DNA of 64,000 bases from assembly GCA_965222615.1 (NCBI GenBank), contig CBDCUI010000009.1, positions 96,001 through 160,000 on the forward strand, written 5' to 3'. This document shows positions 49,693 through 60,100 of this stretch, piece by piece. The notes beneath the pieces are model-generated. The model saw nothing but the letters and a program-made list of their open reading frames with translations. It was not told the DNA's origin and ran no database searches. Each line of letters opens with the position of its first letter. Position 1 is the stretch's first letter. Origin of the DNA: Gammaproteobacteria bacterium (GTDB taxonomy: Bacteria; Pseudomonadota; Gammaproteobacteria; UBA4575). Both the position numbers and the translations under genes were made by a program.

Positions 49693-49714
49693 ATTTAACC
49701 ATAATCATTACACT

Positions 49715-49984
49715 GTGCCCAAGATCAAAAACAAGCGAGTACATGCCAACCTTACTCAAGAGATCAATGAAATCGAGCAAGACTTAGATAAATTCTTTGC
49801 ACGCCGAATGTTTATTTGGCGATGGCGAACTATATTTACTGCTATATTTGTTGGAATTCTGAATTACTTTTATCCAAACTTATGGTGGTTGTGGTTTATT
49901 CCATTATTATCACTAGTAATAATGGGCGTGATGTATTTGTTGGCGAAGAGGGACATTGCAAAAGTACTGGAAAAATTAGATTGA
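49715..49984 (+). CDS. small two-TM hypothetical protein
   Basis: 89-aa ORF; a degenerate paralog nearby supports that it is a real gene. Confidence 0.7.
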   Translation: MPKIKNKRVHANLTQEINEIEQDLDKFFARRMFIWRWRTIFTAIFVGILNYFYPNLWWLWFIPLLSLVIMGVMYLLAKRDIAKVLEKLD

Positions 49985-50325
49985 TGGGAAAAAGAATTTT
50001 CTCCAATTAAAACACTTTAACATCAGTTAGTTATTTTGTTTTTTTAAACTAAAATATCCGTGTAATACTTAAGCTTTTCAATATCTGAAAATCTCGATAA
50101 GCTTGTCTTTATCAAATTAGTTCATTCACCAAATTAATGGAGCCCAGAAAATCAATAATAAGAGAAATAGGGTAATTTCAAAAAATATGAACATCTTAAA
50201 ATCAGTAAAGTTTTTCCTTATTTAAAGAAATCTATTCTGGCTTTGGTTAGAAAATGAATAAAGCTTGATTATCTTAAATAAATTGTATTTTTATAGAACT
50301 TAGACTCAATTAACGGGGGGTAGTT

Positions 50326-51084
50326 ATGAAATTTTTTATGAAGGTTGGAATTCTTGTTATTCCTTTAATCATTATAAGCCTTAGTTCTGTATCTCACTCT
50401 GGAGATATTTTTGGCAAAGTGATGGACAACATTGATATTGGTGTGGCTGCGTTCCAGATGAATGAGGAATATGTAAAGACACAATCCATAGCAGCAGTGG
50501 CAGAAATGGATGAGCGGAACCCAGTAGCGCCTGATGATAACGAATATTACCTCCGCTTAAATAAGATTGTTGCAGGTCTTTCTACTTATGAAGATCTCAA
50601 GCTAAATTTCAAAGTATATTTAGTCAAAGATGTTAATGCGTTTGCTACACCCGATGGCTCTATTCGTGTATTTGCTGGCTTAATGGATTTAATGTCAGAT
50701 GATCAGATTTTAGCAGTAATCGGTCATGAAATAGGTCATGTGAAGTTAAAACATGCTTACAATCAAATGAAACAATCACTGAAAACTGAAATAGGGTTTC
50801 GTGCTTTAGCGATGGCTGGCGGTACTGCAGCTACTTTATCGAAATCTCAGCTTGGAAAACTTGCTAATGCATATTTGCACTCAAGTTATTCGCAAAGTGA
50901 TGAACTTGAATCAGATGCATTCTCTGTAAAGTTTCTTAAAGAAAGAAATAATAATCCTAGAAATATGATTGGTGCAATTAAAGTGCTTGAAGAAAAGTAT
51001 GGTTCTGGCTCAGATTTTTTAACCTCACATCCTTCTAATACACGTCGAATTCAGGAACTCGAGATGCAAATCAATCAAAGCTAA
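50326..51084 (+). CDS. M48-family zinc metalloprotease, LoiP/YggG-like
   Basis: VNAFATPDGSIRV, HEIGH, ELESD, SHP. Confidence 0.9.
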   Translation: MKFFMKVGILVIPLIIISLSSVSHSGDIFGKVMDNIDIGVAAFQMNEEYVKTQSIAAVAEMDERNPVAPDDNEYYLRLNKIVAGLSTYEDLKLNFKVYLVKDVNAFATPDGSIRVFAGLMDLMSDDQILAVIGHEIGHVKLKHAYNQMKQSLKTEIGFRALAMAGGTAATLSKSQLGKLANAYLHSSYSQSDELESDAFSVKFLKERNNNPRNMIGAIKVLEEKYGSGSDFLTSHPSNTRRIQELEMQINQS

Positions 51085-51124
51085 AAATATAGCTTGAATA
51101 AATTTCTATAAATAGTTTGGTTAG

Positions 51125-51307
51125 TTTAGTAGCCGTGGCGGTATTTGCCGCAGATCCAGATTCACTACTTTATTTGTTGGGATACATTATTACTTTTACC
51201 CTAACCTATGGTGACTGTGGGTTATTACATTACTAGCATTAGCATTAATGGGCTCGATATACATATCCGTAAAAAATATAGGAAAAGTACGCAAAAAATT
51301 AGATTGA
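51125..51307 (+). pseudogene. degenerate paralog of the 49715-49984 membrane protein
   Basis: Translates FTTLFVGIHYYFYPNLW*LWVITLLALALMG...IGKVRKKLD* versus FTAIFVGILNYFYPNLWWLWFIPLLSLVIMG...IAKVLEKLD*; TGG>TGA at 51212. Confidence 0.85.
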
Positions 51308-51511
51308 GCATTAAGGAAGTTTATTCTTAGATATAGAAATATTGAGTCAAGGCTATTTGATAGGAAGAATTAGTTTTGTTTTTAAGCTAGTAACCTACTT
51401 AAAAATCGGTTAGCTCCAATTATCCAAGTAGTTTAATAAACTTTTTTGCTCAATTTTGAATTCTCTGAATTTAAGATAGACTTCTAAAATTGAATCAGGT
51501 TGGTGTATCAG

Positions 51512-52051
51512 ATGCTTAGACTATATAGAAAATATAAAACTGCAGTAATAATAACTGTGCTAGCGATTTCGATAGTTGGAGTAGTCTACGTCATTAAAGG
51601 GAAAGCGCCTACTGGTGTAAAACTGGGTGGGATTAATGATTGCAAAAGAGCAATTGATAAGCGCAATAGATATAAGTGTTACATTGGCAATGCCATGGAG
51701 AGTAGTGATATTTCTTGGTGTAAAAAAATCCCGCTAAATTACTGTGTTAGTCATGAATATGGAAATTATTATGATTGGTGTATTAACAGGCTTGCAGTAG
51801 GGCATTTGAGAGCTGAGTTCTGTAAGGAAGTAAAGCATGAAGTTTCTCCATGCTTTCCGGTAGACGATCTGACAACCAGATGGCGAGATAAGTGTTATTG
51901 GGAGATTGCTGTTGAAATTGGTGATATGCCATTGTGTAACAAAATAAAAAGGCCAACATCACGGCATCTTTGCAAAGATGCTATTGACTGGAATCGCAGC
52001 GACCCGAACTATCCAAGTAAAAAACCTGGAATGCGTCGTTGGCCAGAATAA
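51512..52051 (+). CDS. membrane-anchored Cys-rich repeat protein
   Basis: N-terminal TM, 10 Cys, three C-x13-C units. Confidence 0.7.
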   Translation: MLRLYRKYKTAVIITVLAISIVGVVYVIKGKAPTGVKLGGINDCKRAIDKRNRYKCYIGNAMESSDISWCKKIPLNYCVSHEYGNYYDWCINRLAVGHLRAEFCKEVKHEVSPCFPVDDLTTRWRDKCYWEIAVEIGDMPLCNKIKRPTSRHLCKDAIDWNRSDPNYPSKKPGMRRWPE

Positions 52052-52123
52052 ATCCACGAAGGTCAGTTTGGTCATACCCTAGTTTAATAAGTAGTTTGAA
52101 AAAGGTTAAATTGATTAAGCCTT

Positions 52124-52333
52124 AACTTTGATTATGGTGGTTTAGGCGCTTTGTTTGGTAGACATATTGAGGTTATTGGAGGCGTTTATACGAAAACACT
52201 AGAAGGGAAGGTTATTGCTGCAGCATTTGCAGATTCTTACTAGCAATATGGTCCTTGCATTACTTTAATTATTGGGCCCAAACAGTTAAAAACGGTTTGA
52301 ATAAAAGTGGTAAAACTGGGAGCAGGAAAGTAA
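52124..52333 (+). pseudogene. 3' remnant resembling a CsgG/HfaB-family gene
   Basis: NFDYGGLGALFG...GGVYTKTLEGKVIAAAFADSY* then, frameshifted, NMVLAL/NYWAQTVKNGL. Family recognised from memory only. Confidence 0.5.
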
Positions 52334-52494
52334 ATCTCTCCTGAAGCGATTGATTTTATCGTTATACGGAATCTGCTATTGATCATACTTTATTTTCACG
52401 AAGTCAAAACTCTTTCAATAGAATTTTATGGAAATCAAATCGTTTGTTGATAAGATATAATGCGGGCTTTAATAAATAAGTAACTAATGATGCC

Positions 52495-52523
52495 AACCTC
52501 GGTGCTGTTATCGAGGTTTTTTT
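52495..52523 (+). terminator. terminator-like hairpin just upstream of tRNA-Cys
   Basis: AACCTCGGT-gctgtt-ATCGAGGTT followed by TTTTT. Confidence 0.6.
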
Positions 52524-52551
52524 ATATTATCGGTGTTGGATATTCGTTTTA

Positions 52552-52625
52552 GGCTAGGTGGCAGAGTGGTTATGCAGCGGCCTGCAAAGCCGTGGACACC
52601 GGTTCGATTCCGGTCCTAGCCTCCA
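52552..52625 (+). tRNA. tRNA-Cys (GCA)
   Basis: Acceptor stem GGCTAGG/CCTAGCC, anticodon loop CTGCAAA, GGTTCGATTCC, U73 and CCA. Confidence 0.97.
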
Positions 52626-52831
52626 TAAGATCGATTAAATATTGACCACTCCCATGCGGAAACAACTATTTATCAATAATTGCTGCGGTTATATTGTAAC
52701 CGCTTGATTTTTAGCCCCGTATTCCCAAATTAATACAACAAGAGTAGTCATCATTAACACACAATAAAAAAGCCTGCCTACATCACATATCTCAGACACT
52801 TATCTTTATATGTGATAAGGACAACAATTAA

Positions 52832-53027
52832 TTCGTGTACTTTCTACAATTTGATTTGATTGTTTGACAAGTTGCAAACTTGCTTGTGCCTGTGACCTCG
52901 AACTTTCAGTGGATTCTTGAGTCTGTTTCATCGCTTCACCCGCCTGTTCTGCAAGTGTAGTTCCTTCGCGTGCACTTTCGGTTAATCGTTGAACTTCATC
53001 TGCAACTGCAGCAAATTCTCGGCCAGC
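52832..53027 (-). pseudogene. inverted, internally deleted copy of the MCP signalling-domain segment 56487-56811
   Basis: Minus strand reads AGREFAAVADEVQRLTESAR/EGTTLAEQAGEAMKQTQES/TESSRSQAQASLQLVKQSNQIVESTR, near-identical in DNA to the MCP gene. Confidence 0.9.
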
Positions 53028-53770
53028 CTACAGTTGTTAAAAATTGTTCTAGATAATTTTGTCCTTCCCTGGCCATAGTCTTATAAATTGATCTCTGAAA
53101 ATATTTATTTCTTACTCAATCAGTGATGCGTAATTGAATGTAAATTGCAGATTTGACTAAAATAGTTATTAATTTTCAGACAGATATAAAGAAAAACAGG
53201 TGAAGGAAATTATTAAATTATTACAAGTTATTGTTTAGTAATATATTAATAATTAGCTTTGTTCTCTGTCAGCGTCAAACTTATGACTTGCTTTTGCGAA
53301 GGTAGGTCATCTATGTATGTTAATTGCAGTCGTTGTGATGCACATAACTATTTTTCTAGAGTTTTGCGTGCGTTACTCAATTTATTTAATAGAGTTTCTT
53401 TATCTGCAAGATCTCAATATTTAACTAGCTTGATCAAGCTAAATTTTTATTGACAAAATCTGCGAATACAGTCAGAGTTAAGATTATAAGCACAGATCTG
53501 TGCATACTCATAACGTATACATAACAAAAATCCGTAACATAGCTATTACCAGGCAGGGGTTCACGTGTGTGAATTGGCTCAAGCATTTGTGTTGAGCTTT
53601 GCGGGATTCAAAAAAACCGTAATGTTCTCAAATTAATTTTTTGTAATGACTGAAAGTCGTAACGATACATATTTCTTAGTCAATTCTACTGACTAAGATG
53701 AGTTAATATTTTTATAACCTATGCAGAAAGTGTTAGTGCAAAATTGTAGTATGTTTTTAGTAGAATCATA

Positions 53771-54130
53771 ATGAACAAAGTACTTATTGTAGATGATTCA
53801 AAGCCTGATTTAGAAAATCTAAAATCAATAATATCTAGTGCTGGATTTCATGTAATAACAGCTACTTCTGGTGAGGAAGCAGTTGAGAAAGCTAAGAGTA
53901 ATAAACCAAACTTGATTTTTATGGATGTAATTATGGATAACAAGGATGGTTTTGAAGCATGTCGTGAAATTACTGCAGATAAAAACACAAAAAATATTCC
54001 TATAGTCTTTGTTACAGGCAAGTGTCAAAAAGCCGATCGGGTATGGGCTGAGTTGCAGGGAGGTAAAGCATTAATTGGCAAACCTTATACGCCTGATCAA
54101 ATTGTTTCGCAAATTATTAAGTATATCTGA
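53771..54130 (+). CDS. CheY-like response regulator, PilH-like
   Basis: VDD, FMDVIM, DGFEACR, DRVWA..QG, KP. Confidence 0.88.
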   Translation: MNKVLIVDDSKPDLENLKSIISSAGFHVITATSGEEAVEKAKSNKPNLIFMDVIMDNKDGFEACREITADKNTKNIPIVFVTGKCQKADRVWAELQGGKALIGKPYTPDQIVSQIIKYI

Positions 54131-54711
54131 TGGAAGAACCTATCAAATTATCTGGTGTGACTTTATCAGATAAGTTAAGCGAAATGGGTTTGCGTACGGG
54201 GTGGGTAGAGAAGCATGCTGAATTGATCGCCAAACTCGAAGCTGAGTATCAATCATCTCATGATGAAAAAGATGATTCATTAGATACTCGCTATTATGGG
54301 TTCAGAGTTGGTAATTTGAATTTACTGATATCAGAGGAAATGTCTTCTGAAATTCTTGAAGATAGTACTATCAATCCAATACTTCTTGCGCCTAATTGGC
54401 TAATAGGCGTATGTAATGTACGTGGTGACATCGTTCCCATAATCGATTTAGAGCAAATCGTAACCAGTAAAATCGGCATTACTGAGCCTAGGAAGTATAA
54501 AACACTAATTTTAAGCCAAGAAGGAAATTCTATAGGTCTTCTACTCGCAAAGTTACCAGTATCAATATATTTCAATAAAGAAGAACGTGTAAGCAACTAT
54601 TCTAAATTGCCTGAGTTAATACAACCTTTTACAACAATTGCTTATGAAAGAAAACAAAATATTTGGACATGTCTTGATTTTTCCACTTTTATTTCATCAT
54701 TTTCAAATTAG
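54130..54711 (+). CDS. CheW-like protein, PilI-like
   Basis: GFRVG and P.WLIGVCNVRGDIVPIIDL. Confidence 0.85.
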   Translation: MEEPIKLSGVTLSDKLSEMGLRTGWVEKHAELIAKLEAEYQSSHDEKDDSLDTRYYGFRVGNLNLLISEEMSSEILEDSTINPILLAPNWLIGVCNVRGDIVPIIDLEQIVTSKIGITEPRKYKTLILSQEGNSIGLLLAKLPVSIYFNKEERVSNYSKLPELIQPFTTIAYERKQNIWTCLDFSTFISSFSN

Positions 54712-54749
54712 CAAAAACCAACTGCGCTAGCATTTGGAGGAATAGTAAT

Positions 54750-57053
54750 ATGATAGATTCAAACAAGTTTTTAGATATCAAAATCACAAAAAAACTTACT
54801 CTACTGTTTATAGCGGTCACTTTAGGTTTTATAGCAATAGCTCTGACTTATTGGTTTGTAATTAAGAATGAGCGTGAGGCTACTGATAGATCTAACTTGT
54901 ATATTAAATATGGTCAACTCGTAAGTGATGCTCAAAAAAACTATTTCAAGGTAAGACGATTTGAAAAAGACTTTTTGTTAAGCATATCTGCCTCAACAGG
55001 TCAGACATATAACAATACACCACTTGAAGAGCATGCGCGATATGTTCAGTTACTGAAAAAAAACATGGAACAGTTACGGGCTTTAAGTAATATCATAGAT
55101 TCCACGACACCTGATGAAATTGTTATTGAAGATATTGAATTACCGATTGAGTATTTATCTCAGTTGGTAATACAAGCCTCTACAGTAGTAAATGACTACG
55201 TAGCATCATTTGATGATATTGTGAAATTTAATCAAGTAGTTGGTTTTACAGATACAGAAGGACTGCGACAAGAGGCAAACTTATTACTTAGTCAAATTGA
55301 AAATAAAATTGGAGATGCAAATAACTCTAACTTGTTTACAGTATTAGCAAAGTTAAGAGCACATGAGAATCATATACTGCAATCCATTGACTTAACTGAA
55401 TCTTTCGAAGATCTAAAATTACAGCATCAAAAATTTAATTCATCGTTGAGTGATTCAGGTTTAATTTCCGATAAAGATAAACCGGTTTTACTCAACGTTA
55501 TGAATAACTACCTTAATATCATCAATGATATTGTAGCTAACAAACGCAATGCAAATGAGTATACAGAACTGTATGACTTCATGCTTGGACCGCTTTTTGA
55601 TGAAATGGGTCAATCTTCAGAATTAAGTATATTGCAAAATCAAGCTGCTCAAGAAAAAACAACCTATACTATTACAGTATTTGTAGCGTTAGCACTCATC
55701 GCAATTGCTACACTTATTTCACTCTTACTATATTTATTTGGTTATAGCGTAACCAAACCAATCAATGCGTTTGTGGATGCAATACATGAGGTTAATCAAG
55801 GAAATTTGCATGTGCGCACAAAGTTAAATCGTAAAGATGAATTAGGTGAGTTATCAAAGGCTTTTGATAAACTCTTAGATGAAAAAGTAACACAACTTTC
55901 AATCTCAGAAAAAAATAATAATGAATTAAATGATTCTGTCATATCTCTATTAAATTCCGTAGCTCTGCTAAGTAAAAAAGATTTTACTGTAAAAGCACCA
56001 GTTTTTGAGGATGTTACAGGAGCATTAGGCGATTCATTAAATTTGCTAACGAAAGAAACTGCATCCGCTCTTAGTGATGTAAAAGAAATTTCCGTTCGTG
56101 TTGTTGTTGAGTCTAATCGAATTCAGCGACAGTCTAAATTTGTGATGGCAGTTGCCGAAAAAGAGCGACGCCAAGTTGAAGGAACGATGTATGAACTCAA
56201 TAAATCTTCGGAAGCAATGAATAAAATTTCATGGGATGCAACTGAGGCAAATAAACGGGCAGATAACGCATTAGATAATACCCAATCAGCTTTAGGAGCC
56301 GTAAATCGCTCTATCGATGGCATAAATAGTATTCGAGATACTATTCGAGAAACTGAAAAACGAATCAAAAGGCTAGGTGAGCGATCCCAAGAAATTACTG
56401 GCATCGTAAATTTAATTAATAGTATTGCAGAGCGTACACATATTTTAGCACTTAATGCCAGTATGCATGCCGCATCAGCTGGAGAAGCTGGCCGGGGATT
56501 TGCAGTAGTTGCTGATGAAGTTCAACGATTAGCCGAAAGTGCTCGAGAGGCAACTACTGAAATTGATTCATTAGTTAATAACATACGCGTGGAGACAAAA
56601 GACACTGTAACAGCAATGAATACAGCTATAAGTCAAGTTACTGAAGGAACTACACTTGCAGAACAGGCGGGTGAAGCGATGAAACAGACTCAAGAATCTA
56701 CTGAAAGTCTTGTGAAAGCTGTAAATCAAATCACTGAAAGCTCAAGGTCACAGGCACAAGCAAGTTTGCAACTTGTCAAACAATCAAATCAAATTGTAGA
56801 AAGTACACGAAAGACTGATCATCATTTGCATTTGCAAGTGAAAAATGCCAACAACCTGGTTCGATATTCAAATATGCTATTAGCTACCGTTGGAATCTTT
56901 AGGTTACCTGTAACGGAGAAGGAACAGCAAAATAAACCTAAGATCACAGAAATTCCAGCTAATGCAAAATTACGTAGTGGTATTACGACTGCAAAAATAG
57001 AAAATAGAGATAAAACTTCTCAAACTGATAAAGCCGAACTTGTAACCGCGTAG
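54750..57053 (+). CDS. methyl-accepting chemotaxis protein, PilJ-like
   Basis: Two TM helices, HAMP (DELGEL), RIKRLGERSQEI, ILALNA...AGEAGRGFAVVADEVQRLAE. Confidence 0.93.
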   Translation: MIDSNKFLDIKITKKLTLLFIAVTLGFIAIALTYWFVIKNEREATDRSNLYIKYGQLVSDAQKNYFKVRRFEKDFLLSISASTGQTYNNTPLEEHARYVQLLKKNMEQLRALSNIIDSTTPDEIVIEDIELPIEYLSQLVIQASTVVNDYVASFDDIVKFNQVVGFTDTEGLRQEANLLLSQIENKIGDANNSNLFTVLAKLRAHENHILQSIDLTESFEDLKLQHQKFNSSLSDSGLISDKDKPVLLNVMNNYLNIINDIVANKRNANEYTELYDFMLGPLFDEMGQSSELSILQNQAAQEKTTYTITVFVALALIAIATLISLLLYLFGYSVTKPINAFVDAIHEVNQGNLHVRTKLNRKDELGELSKAFDKLLDEKVTQLSISEKNNNELNDSVISLLNSVALLSKKDFTVKAPVFEDVTGALGDSLNLLTKETASALSDVKEISVRVVVESNRIQRQSKFVMAVAEKERRQVEGTMYELNKSSEAMNKISWDATEANKRADNALDNTQSALGAVNRSIDGINSIRDTIRETEKRIKRLGERSQEITGIVNLINSIAERTHILALNASMHAASAGEAGRGFAVVADEVQRLAESAREATTEIDSLVNNIRVETKDTVTAMNTAISQVTEGTTLAEQAGEAMKQTQESTESLVKAVNQITESSRSQAQASLQLVKQSNQIVESTRKTDHHLHLQVKNANNLVRYSNMLLATVGIFRLPVTEKEQQNKPKITEIPANAKLRSGITTAKIENRDKTSQTDKAELVTA

Positions 57054-57103
57054 GTAAATACTAATTATCTAAGTTATTCAAAATTAAGTTTACTCAAAAT
57101 TGT

Positions 57104-60100
57104 ATGCAAGAAGATCTTAGTATCCTTGAAGATTTATACAATTACATAAGGAAATGGTCCATTAATTCTGAAAATAAAGCAGAACATATAAATGAATTGC
57201 TGCTTGAGATTGAACTATTTTCAAACCAATTAGCTGAGCGTTCAAAAAAGTTTAAAAATTTTGAACTATTCCAGCATTGTTTAAAATTGCAAGATAATCT
57301 TGAAATACTTAAAGAGAATTCACCATCTCCTAATCAAATAAAGTTGCTTTGTGAATGGCCAATTCAGATGAGAAACTATTTACAAAATTATAAAAAGGAC
57401 AATTATAAAGAAGATTTAAAAAAGTTCTTATGTAATTCGAATTGGCCGAGTAGGTATAAAAGGAGCGAGATTGATTCATTGTTATCATCAGACTCTAAGA
57501 CTGACTCCAATATACAAGATAAAATTAAAAAGGGAAAATACTCAAAAGATTGTTCACCGGAGCAACAAGAGTTACTTGACCTAATTAATGTTGAACTATC
57601 TGTTCTTCTTAAGTCACAAAAAGAACTGGCATCAGATATTGATAAATTAGGGCATGATCACAAACAGCTTCTAGAAATAACAGAAGTACAAATCGAACAA
57701 ATAAAGCGTATTGGCTCTGCATCTAAAATGATTGGATTATCCGGTCTGCATCAGTTTTGTAACCACATACAAAAAAATTTTGCACATATTGAAAATAAGA
57801 ATCCTAAACAACTTATTTCTTTATTGTCGCAAATGCTTGCGTGGCCTGAAGTAATTCAGGCATATTTGCTTGATTTTGACAATTCAGACTCAATCCAAGC
57901 CTTATTGGAATATCTTAGCCAGGAAAACTGGCCAATTAAATTAAGTAAACAAGAACTTAATAAACTGCAGGCGTTATTTAATAAATCTATAGTTGAGCCG
58001 GATATAAGTAACGCCCATAAACGGATCCGGAAAGCTACTCCGAAATTAGTTAGCCTAAAAGTGTCTGAGGATATAGATACAGATATCTTTAACAGTTTTA
58101 TGCTTGATTTGCCTGTGCAAACTGAAGAATTATCAAACGCTGTACAAAATTTGTGTGATAACAACTTTCTTGAATATCTTGAAATTGCCGAGCGGATTAC
58201 ACATACCCTAAAAAGTGCAGCGAATACTGTCGGCATACAGGGTATAGCTAACTTGACTCATCATTTAGAGGATATATTTTCGGCTTTGCTAAAATTAAAA
58301 ATGAAACCATCGAAATGCCTTCATGAAACAATCCAAAATGCTACAGATAGTTTAGAAGAAATGTCAGAATACTTAGAGGGTGCAGGTTCATTTCCAGATA
58401 AGTCAGTACAAGTGTTGCAAGAAATTTTAGATTGGACAAATAATATAGATGAACACGGTATCAACTACCTAAAAGAATCAAAAAAAGGTGAGGTTGACTC
58501 TAGTGTTCCACAGAACCTTACTGCTGAATCAAAACTTAATCAGAGATACAACGCAACTTCTAAAAACTCAAAAAAGATGTCTACGGAATTATCGCTTCGA
58601 ATTTCCGCATGTCTAGTAGATGGCTTACTTAAGCGTGCCGGTGAAAACATCATTTCTAACGAACAGGTTCGTGAATTAGTTTTACATTTGAAATCCTCCA
58701 TACAACATTTAAGCACTAATAATAAAAAAATTAAAACGCTTGCCCAAGAACTTGATAATTTAATTGGCATTCGTGGATTTTCACCTCGCCAGGATTCACT
58801 CACAACAAATAGAGACTTTGATCCACTTGAAATGGATCAGTTTAATGAATTACATACATTTGCAAATCAATTTATGGAAACTTCATATGATTCTGTGGAG
58901 TTTTTGCATGAAATTGAAGAATCATTGTTGAAACTTGAAAAGCTCTCCATCAATCAAGTACGCAATCTACATGAGAATCAGGAAGCAGTTTTGCGAATTC
59001 GTATGATACCTGTACAGAGTATTGTTCCCAGATTAAAACGAGCTGTCAGACAAGCATGTAAATCATCAAATAAATTAGCCAAATTAGAAATTTTTGGTGA
59101 GCATATTCATGTTGATAGTGAGTATATACACCAACTCGTGGATCCAATAATGCATATCCTGCGTAATGCAATTGATCATGGAATTGAAACACCCGATCTA
59201 AGAGTTAAACATAGTAAAAATGCAGAAGGAAAAATACAGCTCATTTTTAAAAAAGAAGGCAATCTAATACGGGTTATTTGTCGAGACGATGGTAATGGTT
59301 TGGATCTAGGATTAATTAAATCAAAAGCTATCGAAAAAGGATTGTTAAATAAAAATGAAGAATTTACCAAGGAGCTTGCAATACAAATTATACTTCAACA
59401 TGGATTTTCGACCAAAGACAAAGTGTCACAGCTTTCAGGACGTGGTGTTGGATTAGCTGCAGTTTTTACAAAAATCCATGAAATGAAAGGATCTATAGAA
59501 ATAGAAACTGATAAAGATGTCGGTGTCAAAGTTGAAATTGCAATTCCAACAACTTTCAATTCTGTGCATGCCCTTATAGCTCTTTGTGATGACAGTACTG
59601 TTGCAATATCAAACCGAGGTATCGATGAAATTTTATATGCTGGCGCAGGAAATATTATTTCAAAATCAGGCCAGTGCTATTTTAAGTATCTACAGCAGCA
59701 ATACCCAGTTTTTGATCTACAATTCATGCTTGATAAAACAGAAAAAAATAGTCCAGTCGATGATAGAGTAATTCTGATTATAAGTGATGATGCGAATAAA
59801 AAATATGCTGTCACAGTAGACAAAATTTATGATACTCGAGATGTTGTAGTTAAGCCATTAGGCAAATTCATTCCAAAAATTTTAGGATTGCTTGGAACTA
59901 CCATATTAGGTGATGGTAGAATAATAACAGTTATTGATATGATTGAATTGATTCAAACTTCAAGTAGATCTTCTGAAACTAGCGAGCCTAGTAAAAAAGT
60001 TCAAAAGTCGATAGAACATCAACATGCACTTATTGTAGAAGATGCAATTAGCACGCGGAAGTCTCTTGCACAATTTATGCGAGATATTGGATTTGTCGTA

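Noticed and set aside
51212-51214. TGA read as Trp (alternative genetic code)
   Set aside because: Many clear genes here end in TGA and this fragment has other lesions, so it is a nonsense mutation.
52832-56811. Diversity-generating retroelement TR/VR pair
   Set aside because: Differences are mostly synonymous and not adenine-specific, the copy has deletions, and no reverse transcriptase is present.
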